IMG/VR virus record: IMGVR_UViG_3300033068_001013
Span: 1,951-65,950 of that record
DNA length: 64,000 bases
DNA from: a virus
Lineage: Duplodnaviria; Caudoviricetes
Direction: 5' to 3' (one strand)
Part shown: positions 54,301-60,332 of the stretch, piece by piece
Position numbering within the stretch: position 1 is the stretch's first letter
Layout of the letters: the number at the start of each line of letters is the position of its first letter
Program-made: the position numbers and the translations under genes
Notes under the pieces: generated by a model
Databases searched by the model: none
Seen by the model: only the letters and a program-made list of their open reading frames with translations
What the model was told of the DNA's origin: nothing

Positions 54301-54843
54301 GTTGGCCTGAACAGTTTTGAGAAGTTCGGCCAAGGCGGCAGTGCCTGTATGAACTCGAACTTCAGTCGAAGGGTCCACGCATGGAGCCAAACGACCTTGG
54401 ATGACGGAATAACAAGAAGAAATATCCAGCATCACCAGCCCAAGAAGTTTGGATTGTTGCGGGAAAATGCGATTCTCTGACTTGCTAAATGTTTCGAGAT
54501 CAAAGGTGCCGATACCCGGAATTCCCGCAAAGGTGGGCAAGCAAAAGCCACGCATATACTTAAGGGCCCGCTTGCCGCCGTAGTTCCCAGTGAGAGTTCC
54601 GAAAGCGTGATCGCCCATCATTAGAATAGCTTTGGGGGAGAGTTTTTGAATCTCTTCCATCAAAGTGTCCCGATAGGCGGAGAGTTCTTCGAGAGTATAA
54701 AATCGAGCCGATGGGGCGAAGGGGATGTATGGGATAATAGTATAAGTCTTCGCATCCAAACCCATCGACTGAGCTGTCGATGCCCATTTGGTTGTAGCAA
54801 TTGAGGACCACCGATAGCTGGTTATGATTAGCAGGTCAGACAT
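51226..54843 (-). CDS. polA: family-A DNA polymerase with N-terminal UDG-like domain, 3'-5' exonuclease and an intein
   Basis: Exo motifs YDLET, GHN..FD, HDT, YGVVD; Pol motifs IDFRAYHAR, KAK..(intein)..LGIGFGMG, IHDA; start coupled by TGATG at 54843. Confidence 0.9.
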   Translation of the reverse strand: MSDLLIITSYRWSSIATTKWASTAQSMGLDAKTYTIIPYIPFAPSARFYTLEELSAYRDTLMEEIQKLSPKAILMMGDHAFGTLTGNYGGKRALKYMRGFCLPTFAGIPGIGTFDLETFSKSENRIFPQQSKLLGLVMLDISSCYSVIQGRLAPCVDPSTEVRVHTGTAALAELLKTVQANPDALLSYDLETSKSALEDEDELYEFSRDEDPTPTEEEPEEESSEWATGELDTQKAAITTVQFALNDSEGWTVEWNSETVPLIKALFKTPNAKVGHNTWLFDNPILTRHGVTLEGTLHDTLWLWHSIQPDLPAHLQGVAQVYGWTFPWKHMSGTHFEFYGVVDVCAVHRIMSKLPKDAERLVAPNGANAWQGYDNFTRRFHTILQAVERRGIPVNRDNLNSFRTWLMDQVTKFGQDLQPLIPTHLGSHVPPDGYAKLPEDIRERILTHRSDLFAPTIKINKNGSTREIKSKLKWSDVYKSIQEGLEDWTPEITEALKLGYIQLPNGRFARKLQWNPRSTDQLKSYIAYKGYPMPTRFKDGKATTGDKELEKLAAKTGDPVIKLAREYRAHSKMINAYTGTLQDDGSIVGGWNPGPDGRLRTTFTFGPATWQLGARNPNVLTTPKRRAELAKKFRACIKAEPGHKLVEIDFRAYHARTLGLEAQDATYMRIADMDIHSFVTGHLVKWKGIETALDLSDTDLRALLGEIKKAHKFIRDFKAKPCIAEGELVLTSNGLKPIEQVQLTDKVWDGLDWVNHDGVVYQGIKQVAKYDGLWATIDHEVYTDDGRKIPFWRAASEMVGIIQSGNGGQAIRINRNHFTGDKTGRQASQSSSQMSRNWNRKVDLVRRLKCWASDFLYPKRGSYTTPRSYLGKTIRRYSCSLYKPLTQTLQELWWTGNTKSFQISDGVYTMGSRESASPNLSYAGDRSNQQRWSLRTGKPKISFSTRSNEKSSNYSKDYVSKSTDPTSRISESIRIQSNSQINQTRFDWGRNTRTARVYDILNAGPRKRFTVSDRLVANCILGIGFGMGARRMFFENRENFENETEAKRLLDLLKSLFPKVFAWQEAICLEADRRKMLISRWGAVRRFHEVFRWEKTLTGWKPKGGKDAEKAKAFLPANDAHGMLRHKLLEMNSKGLLERWELINIIHDAVLFHPPDEVVEECIHIAKEMLEAPVTILADPVVCPDGFVCAAEASVGSDWAEMEGV
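51790..52680 (-). mobile_element. intein (297 aa) in PolA motif B
   Basis: CIAEGELV block A, ATIDH block B, VYDIL block F, LVAN/C block G; extein rejoins as KAKP-CILGIGFGMG. Confidence 0.9.
51840..52508 (-). CDS. HNH homing endonuclease nested out of frame in the intein
   Basis: YGGRGI and EIDRINNDGHYEPGNLRLA..Q.RNRR motifs; frame offset by 1 from the Pol; GAGG SD 9 nt before ATG 52493. Confidence 0.88.
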   Translation of the reverse strand: MRYIQMTAGKFLSGEQHPRWSGSYNQEMVGKRFGSIEIISPEIKREGKHRKVLAKCHETGIEKWTWLDALNAGRVTSFIRNGVRTQLHAAILGRRYDAIVARCTNPLHKHYKSYGGRGIQNRFKSRMEFIQWVVENLPHPTYHMQEIDRINNDGHYEPGNLRLASRQDQMRNRRITLKIMYQNQLIPLREFPSPYEYSQTRKLIKQGLTGEEILERHESMTS

Positions 54844-54941
54844 CACCACCATCCTTGTTCACTGCCGATTAAGTAGATTAGCCAAGCCACGCATAAGAGA
54901 TATAGAAGTATGGAAAAATTTCGACGAGTGTTTGAAGACAT
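54843..54941 (-). CDS. 32-aa TM peptide
   Basis: Manual translation MSSNTRRNFSILLYLLCVAWLIYLIGSEQGWW; stop overlaps the Pol ATG. Confidence 0.45.
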   Translation of the reverse strand: MSSNTRRNFSILLYLLCVAWLIYLIGSEQGWW

Positions 54942-54942
54942 A

Positions 54943-55089
54943 TCAACCTCGACGTTTCGCACGACAGGGAGAACAGGCCTGTCCAGGTTTATCAACAGGA
55001 TTGTGGTGACAAATAGAACACTTTGGTTTGATTGACGTGGGGCGTCGAATCCAACCAGGACGCTTAGTGGGATTTTTATTTTCCGCCAT
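54943..55089 (-). CDS. 48-aa basic Zn-finger peptide
   Basis: Manual translation with CSIC...CSPC. Confidence 0.5.
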   Translation of the reverse strand: MAENKNPTKRPGWIRRPTSIKPKCSICHHNPVDKPGQACSPCRAKRRG

Positions 55090-55201
55090 CAGAGTCTCCT
55101 AAGAAAAGGGATATGATGTAAATAATTACACCAACGATGGCTAAGAATATAAGAAGAATGCCAATGGGGTCAATATCCGGGAGATAATTTAACCAAGTCA
55201 T
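55076..55201 (-). CDS. 41-aa TM peptide
   Basis: Manual translation MTWLNYLPDIDPIGILLIFLAIVGVIIYIISLFLG...; AAAGGA SD. Confidence 0.5.
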   Translation of the reverse strand: MTWLNYLPDIDPIGILLIFLAIVGVIIYIISLFLGDSDGGK

Positions 55202-55372
55202 ATAAGTCCTTTGAGTAAGGGGTGGGGGCTGCAGCTTCTTGAAACCCCCACCTCCTCTGCGCCAAAACGAACTGAGTCGGGGGATCGCCCCTGGAAATCA
55301 AAGAACAGTCTCAGTTCTATACCGAATGAACGCCTAGAGTTCCGACGTCCAAAGTGACTCGCGTGAGTCACA

Positions 55373-55444
55373 TACGCGACCAGGGATTTGAACCCTGATT
55401 ATCACGCCTAGTGGGTGATGGCTTACCAGTTAGCCGAGTCGCGT
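55373..55444 (-). tRNA. tRNA-like gene with CUA anticodon (amber suppressor-like, atypical loop)
   Basis: ACGCGAC/GTCGCGT acceptor, GGCT/AGCC D stem, CAGGG-TTCAAAT-CCCTG T arm, anticodon loop CA-CTA-GG with C31-C39 mismatch. Confidence 0.7.
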
Positions 55445-55445
55445 G

Positions 55446-55709
55446 CTAGAGGAAACTTTTTAAAGCACTTCCTAGAATAGAGCCCAGTAAACTGGGAGAG
55501 TTGGATTGTTGTAAGGCCCGTTGTAGGGCTTGTTGATGGGCATGTTGGATATGATATAGATTTTGCACAGCTTCGTAGTAGTCAAAGGGAGAGGGTTTAA
55601 TTGACTCCCTAAAAGCCTGTCTATCAAGTTCTGCATGATAGTCGAAGATGTCTTGAACAGTGACTTTAGGGGGTTGAGACATTGCGGATTGTTTTGTTTT
55701 GAACATCAA
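55446..55709 (-). CDS. hypothetical protein
   Basis: ORF track. Confidence 0.5.
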   Translation of the reverse strand: MMFKTKQSAMSQPPKVTVQDIFDYHAELDRQAFRESIKPSPFDYYEAVQNLYHIQHAHQQALQRALQQSNSPSLLGSILGSALKSFL

Positions 55710-55875
55710 AAATTTCTATCTCCATAGAACATTCAGGACAAGCTTCTATGTTTCCAACCTCATCTTCAAAGATGATTGATATTGGGATCAAGTCTGTGGA
55801 TTTTCCCGAAAGAATATCATCATCCTCTGAGACTCCACATATATCGCAATACTTTCGAAATCGAACTTCAATCAT
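55666..55875 (-). CDS. small Zn-finger protein
   Basis: CDIC...CPEC. Confidence 0.55.
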   Translation of the reverse strand: MIEVRFRKYCDICGVSEDDDILSGKSTDLIPISIIFEDEVGNIEACPECSMEIEIFDVQNKTIRNVSTP

Positions 55876-55894
55876 CTCATCACCTAATCTCTAA

Positions 55895-55968
55895 TCCGGA
55901 TAGCAGGATTTGAACCTGCGACCCCCTGTTCCCAAAACAGGTGCGCTACCAGACTGCGCCATATCCGG
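55895..55968 (-). tRNA. tRNA-Pro(UGG)
   Basis: CCGGATA/TATCCGG acceptor, GCGC D stem, CCTGT-TT TGG GA-ACAGG, TTCAAAT T loop. Confidence 0.95.
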
Positions 55969-56275
55969 AAAATCACCGGCCAGCTTCGACAACTGACTCC
56001 CTCGCGCGATGGGGCGATGCGGGTGTGCTGTTACGCTAAAGACTCCACGGCTAACCTTATCGTTACCAAGAGGGGTATGGTAGTTAGCCACCTTGCGGCC
56101 CTCTCGACTGGACAGGTGCGGCATTCCCTAATTGCAGAGCTGGGCGTCCATCTCCAGGTATTGATCAATCAGGGAAAGTCAGACTCGGTGGGTTTCCTCC
56201 ACCATGGCATCTGACCACGTATCGCGAGTCACTCTTTAAAGGGTGGCTGCTTCCAAGCCCACCTCCCCGCGTTCA
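55969..56275 (-). ncRNA. large structured ncRNA containing a 23S rRNA H42-H44 (L11-binding) mimic
   Basis: GCGGGGAGGTGGGCTTGGAAGCAGCCACCCTTTAAAGAGTG (56270-56230), then a 194-nt structured insert, then CGTAACAGCACACCCGC (56035-56019). Confidence 0.75.
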
Positions 56276-56286
56276 AAAATCTTGTT

Positions 56287-56410
56287 TACTGCGGACCGGA
56301 CTCGATACCGGCTCTGTTTCCATGAGTCAGTGCGATTCTGGCTAATTAAACCAGTCAGGCGGCTCGCACGTTTTTACGAATGCCCGCGTGTCCATCCACG
56401 CCGCCGCAGT
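56287..56410 (-). ncRNA. tRNA-like element with expanded core
   Basis: ACTGCGG/CCGCAGT acceptor, GCGT-GGATGGAC-ACGC D-like arm, GCCGG-TATCGAGT-CCGGT T-like arm, about 70-nt core. Confidence 0.55.
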
Positions 56411-56502
56411 TACATTGATTGTGGCCATTGTCCTATCACCACCTTATGGGCCTATGGTGACCTTCATCCCATCGCTTCTAGGTTAAGACAATGGCCACAA
56501 AC

Positions 56503-57165
56503 TTATTCCTCAATATTCCGAATCTGCGCCTGGACAGACTTCACTTCAGCATTCTTGGCATCATAGTACAGATGCGGATTGGCCTCAAGAAGTTCCAGGG
56601 TCTTCTCATCCAAAGTCCGTTCAGCTCGATAGCGAACAACCTCTTCGAGATTGAATGCTCGAACAGCCGCCTCACCCTGGATTTCAGTGTAAGACGTACC
56701 GCCTTGTTCATTCTCGAACGGAACCGAGCGAACCCAACGAGTCTTGGCGCGAGCCTGAAATCCCTCCGGGAGATCAAAAGCCGTCTTGACGTGATCGGCA
56801 TATTCGCCAAGGTTAGCAAAACGCTTCGTGGGATGTCCAGCCACTCGACACAGAACCGCCAGAGAGGACGTGGACTGTCCCGTCGGAACGCTGGATGAGG
56901 CATAGAAATCCTTGAGAAAACCACCCAAACCGCCATCATCCTTCACAAAGCGGGGCGAGAATCGAGCGACGATTCGAGTGCCTTTATCGTCACTCTTCAC
57001 ATAAATCGGTTCGCTCTGACCCCCGGTACGGAGAGTGAGGTGGACTGTATGAATCCCATCACTCGGAGGAGCCGGAGGAATCTGAATCATAGATCCATCC
57101 GGATCGAAATCCTCAACAGGGAGATCATTAAGACGGGGATCGTTAAGGTCAAAAACTTCAGACAT
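56503..57165 (-). CDS. putative ssDNA-binding protein (OB-fold, DUF669-like position)
   Basis: Position in the recombination module; acidic N-terminus, beta-rich core; no diagnostic motif. Confidence 0.4.
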   Translation of the reverse strand: MSEVFDLNDPRLNDLPVEDFDPDGSMIQIPPAPPSDGIHTVHLTLRTGGQSEPIYVKSDDKGTRIVARFSPRFVKDDGGLGGFLKDFYASSSVPTGQSTSSLAVLCRVAGHPTKRFANLGEYADHVKTAFDLPEGFQARAKTRWVRSVPFENEQGGTSYTEIQGEAAVRAFNLEEVVRYRAERTLDEKTLELLEANPHLYYDAKNAEVKSVQAQIRNIEE

Positions 57166-57166
57166 G

Positions 57167-57421
57167 TTAGTTCCTTTCCATTCTAGCTAGTTGAATACGA
57201 GCCTGGAGTCCTGAGACAGTGCGCTTGACTCCAGACTTTAGTTCGCGAACGAGCCCTCTTTCAATGAGGGGTTTGAGAGAAGCTTTGTAATTACGCCCAA
57301 ACTGGGTCCGGAGATCTTCAGTAGTCCACTGAAGACTTTCCAAAATCTTAGATTGATTAAGAGAAAACCGAACTCGTTGTCCCGTGTTTCGGTCAGTGAT
57401 CGTGATTGTTTGTGAACTCAT
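57167..57421 (-). CDS. small winged-HTH-like protein
   Basis: LKPLIERGLVRE pattern. Confidence 0.45.
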   Translation of the reverse strand: MSSQTITITDRNTGQRVRFSLNQSKILESLQWTTEDLRTQFGRNYKASLKPLIERGLVRELKSGVKRTVSGLQARIQLARMERN

Positions 57422-57738
57422 TATGACCTCTCATGACAGGTGTTATCAGGTACAGCAGACCAATCAATACCAGTGCGTTGTGAATCACGATGTCGTACTT
57501 CACATTCACTGGCATGATCTGCAAAGTTGTATAGATTCCCACAGACATCACACTTGTGCTTGAATGCCGGGGTTACGCGATCTTTAGGACAACGATCAAC
57601 ATTTCGGGCGTATTCAGTTTGACAAGCCCCACAGAAGCGGACAAGACTAGGCATCTTCCACCTCCTCGGTCTGAGCTCCACGAATTGCAGCCATTGCATC
57701 AGCAAGACGTTGAATCTCCGCAAGCTGTTCCTTGCCAA
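57421..57738 (-). CDS. Zn-finger protein (start probably MPSL)
   Basis: CGAC, CPKD, CDVC...C...H. Confidence 0.5.
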   Translation of the reverse strand: MARNSLRRFNVLLMQWLQFVELRPRRWKMPSLVRFCGACQTEYARNVDRCPKDRVTPAFKHKCDVCGNLYNFADHASECEVRHRDSQRTGIDWSAVPDNTCHERS

Positions 57739-58675
57739 AGGTAGGCAACCAGGGGTTGAGTTCTTCCGCCGTAGCGACTTCGCCTTCAGCAGGGTTTAGC
57801 AGATCAGCGGGATTACGGAGATAGTTATAGATCGTCGCAAAGTTTGCTTTCGGAAGTTTCGTAGGCAATCGCCGACGGACTTTCAACTCACCGGCTTCTT
57901 CATCCCATTCCATTTCAGCGAGCTGTTCTTTCATGACCAATGCCGAGGGGGCCGGCATGTATTTTGGGAGCCCCTGAACCAAAACCAACGACGCTACGGA
58001 GAGTTCATGCCACACAGCGAGGTCCGTGATTTTGAACTTGTTCAACAAAGGAGTGCCATTATTCCAAGGGGTACGGGGCTGGAAGGTGGCGATGATGGCA
58101 CGAATTCCTTTGGATTGGGCAATGGAGAATAGAGACTTGAGAATGTAATTCACTCCCGGCCATGCCCCACCGTAATTGCCTTTGAGAGCGCGTTCGGGGT
58201 CAATGCCATACGACATCGGGGAACGTTTCACTTCTGCCAAACACCCATCCTGCAACCATCCAGCATTATCCAGAATAAGCGTAGTGAACCGGTTAGCGGG
58301 GATGGAATCGAATGCTGCCTTAATCATATTAAAAACATGAATAGGGCGAAAGTTGTAGCCATAGGTATCAGCACACATATCAAGGATGGGCAGATATCCT
58401 CCAACCTTGGTTTGTCTTGCAAGAGACTCACCTTTGGATTCGAAGTCAAGCATCAGGATGTTTTGTCCACGATCAGCTCCAAGGGCGAAGGTGGTTTTAC
58501 CGCGACCCCGAATACCCGTTACGAGAACAAGTCCATTAAAATCCGGAGGGATGATAGACGGAACTCGTTCACCTTCGAACGTGATAATCGGAAGTGTTGG
58601 CTCAATTGGAGTTGGTGTTGGAGTCGAGGTCGCTGGACGTGCGGCCGGTGTTGGCGGTTTCGTTTGAATTGCCAT
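57647..58675 (-). CDS. Sak4-like/AAA_24 P-loop ATPase (recombination)
   Basis: GIRGRGKTT Walker A, LDFE, LILDN Walker B. Confidence 0.75.
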   Translation of the reverse strand: MAIQTKPPTPAARPATSTPTPTPIEPTLPIITFEGERVPSIIPPDFNGLVLVTGIRGRGKTTFALGADRGQNILMLDFESKGESLARQTKVGGYLPILDMCADTYGYNFRPIHVFNMIKAAFDSIPANRFTTLILDNAGWLQDGCLAEVKRSPMSYGIDPERALKGNYGGAWPGVNYILKSLFSIAQSKGIRAIIATFQPRTPWNNGTPLLNKFKITDLAVWHELSVASLVLVQGLPKYMPAPSALVMKEQLAEMEWDEEAGELKVRRRLPTKLPKANFATIYNYLRNPADLLNPAEGEVATAEELNPWLPTFGKEQLAEIQRLADAMAAIRGAQTEEVEDA

Positions 58676-59933
58676 TGGTATCCTTTCCTAAGATAAGTAT
58701 CTCAATTGGATGGTTCGGTTCTCGAACTTGTAACTTTCCATTTATCAATCGCGCTTGGAGGGAGTCCGCTCCCCAGCAGATATCATAAAACTGACAAGGT
58801 TTATTGAAGTCATAACAACAGGACGAGTCTCGATAGAACTCCTCGTCAACAGTCTTACCAATGTTCACCATGGCAATCTGCGTCATGAATCGGATCTCGC
58901 GATTGACCGCAGATGCGAGCCAGCGTTCTGCCTGGGGGCGATTCCAGGGTTGAATCATTGGGATAGCGATAGCCTCAGCTAACCAGTCTCGTTCACGTTC
59001 GGTATCCACAAGTCCCAGATCCAACCATTCAAACCATTCATTTACATCCATCACCTCCCAGATGTCAACCCGTTCGAAGGTGGAACCAAGCTTGTGGGTT
59101 TTACCATCCTCGCCAGTCCAAGATCCAACCATACGAAAGTCAGAAGGTTGGGGGGCTCCGACGAGGTTCTTTCGTAGCCAGGGTCGGATAAGAGTGGAAG
59201 AATAACGTCGGGCTCCGCCTAAGTTCGAGTCTCGTTGTTTCTCTCCTTTGAGGAAGTAGATGTATTGAATGCCTTCGCAATCCCGTCCGTAACGATGCGT
59301 GATGGCCCAACCTTCCGTGATACGTTGCAAGTCTGAACGGAATTTGTTGAGCTGTTCAACATCGTAGGAAGCTGCTGTTTTGTAGCTGACTCCGATGAGA
59401 GCGTCTGTAATGCGGTCCTTCAAGATCACATCTGGACGGGATGCAACAATGGCGACTTGAGATTCGAAATCTTCGGTGTATAAAGGCCAGTTGATTTCGT
59501 CTTCGATGGAGACGATCTCGTATTGGGATTTGAAATTATCCAAGTGACGCCTTGCGAAGGTTTTAACAAGTATCTGAGCAAGGATAGCTTGTTCGAGGCG
59601 AATTTTTGCAAGAGCATCTGGACCCAGCAACTCCAACAATTGAGCCTCTCCGAAAGCGATCTGTGCTTTTGATACTTCGTCGTATGCCGCCTGACACGCG
59701 GTATCTTCAGGGTGTTCAAGCAGCAACAACTCAAGTCCCTTATGCACCGCACTACCAAGAACGAGTTCCTCGTTTTTGTAGATTGAGTCCACTCCGATGT
59801 TTGCAGGCCCGGAATGATATTTAGCCCAGCGCTTCCAGTCACATGAAATGGTCATACGAGAACGGTCAGTGATCCACTGGATTTGGTCTGGCCGATAATC
59901 CCAAGACTTTCCGCTGTCCCATACGGTCACCAT
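58602..59933 (-). CDS. PD-(D/E)XK Cas4/RecB-like nuclease with Fe-S cysteines
   Basis: GSAVHKGLE, SIEDEI, RPDVIL, SYKTA, N-terminal C plus C-terminal C.....PC.F...C. Confidence 0.75.
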   Translation of the reverse strand: MVTVWDSGKSWDYRPDQIQWITDRSRMTISCDWKRWAKYHSGPANIGVDSIYKNEELVLGSAVHKGLELLLLEHPEDTACQAAYDEVSKAQIAFGEAQLLELLGPDALAKIRLEQAILAQILVKTFARRHLDNFKSQYEIVSIEDEINWPLYTEDFESQVAIVASRPDVILKDRITDALIGVSYKTAASYDVEQLNKFRSDLQRITEGWAITHRYGRDCEGIQYIYFLKGEKQRDSNLGGARRYSSTLIRPWLRKNLVGAPQPSDFRMVGSWTGEDGKTHKLGSTFERVDIWEVMDVNEWFEWLDLGLVDTERERDWLAEAIAIPMIQPWNRPQAERWLASAVNREIRFMTQIAMVNIGKTVDEEFYRDSSCCYDFNKPCQFYDICWGADSLQARLINGKLQVREPNHPIEILILGKDTNGNSNETANTGRTSSDLDSNTNSN

Positions 59934-60065
59934 ATGATTAACCCTCCTGCAAGCATAATCGCGACTAGGATAATTTGGAGTGAGGTTTTAATAACCTTTC
60001 CATCAAGTCGAGCCTCCGGACAGGGGTGGATGGTATGGCCCTTGACTTTATATCCAATAACTTCT

Positions 60066-60332
60066 CTAACTTTCTGCATCATCTGATTCCTCTAGCCATT
60101 TAACGATGGCGTTTTTGATAATTGTTTTCAGGGCAAGTAAGGTTTCGTAATCACCCAACGTTAGCGAGATCGACCAACGAGGCCAACGAATCGCTTTTCC
60201 ATTCTCGACATCTTCGACGAGAAGGACGATCTTGGCACGTACTTGATTTGGACTATCCCCCCAGCGTGAATTATACAATAAGCGACTAAATAGTGTTCGT
60301 GGTCTGTTCACCCCACCAAATCTTCCAAGCAT
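60066..60332 (-). CDS. hypothetical protein
   Basis: ORF track. Confidence 0.45.
   Translation of the reverse strand: MLGRFGGVNRPRTLFSRLLYNSRWGDSPNQVRAKIVLLVEDVENGKAIRWPRWSISLTLGDYETLLALKTIIKNAIVKWLEESDDAES

Noticed and set aside
56036-56229. The insert in the rRNA mimic as a group I intron in a real 23S gene
   Set aside because: No flanking 23S sequence beyond about 60 nt, no recognisable P7 or catalytic core, and the boundaries do not fit U-down/G-down splice rules.
55891-56566. ORFs 55891..56124, 56017..56214 and 56243..56566
   Set aside because: They overlap tRNA-Pro and structured RNA; no SD or protein-like features.
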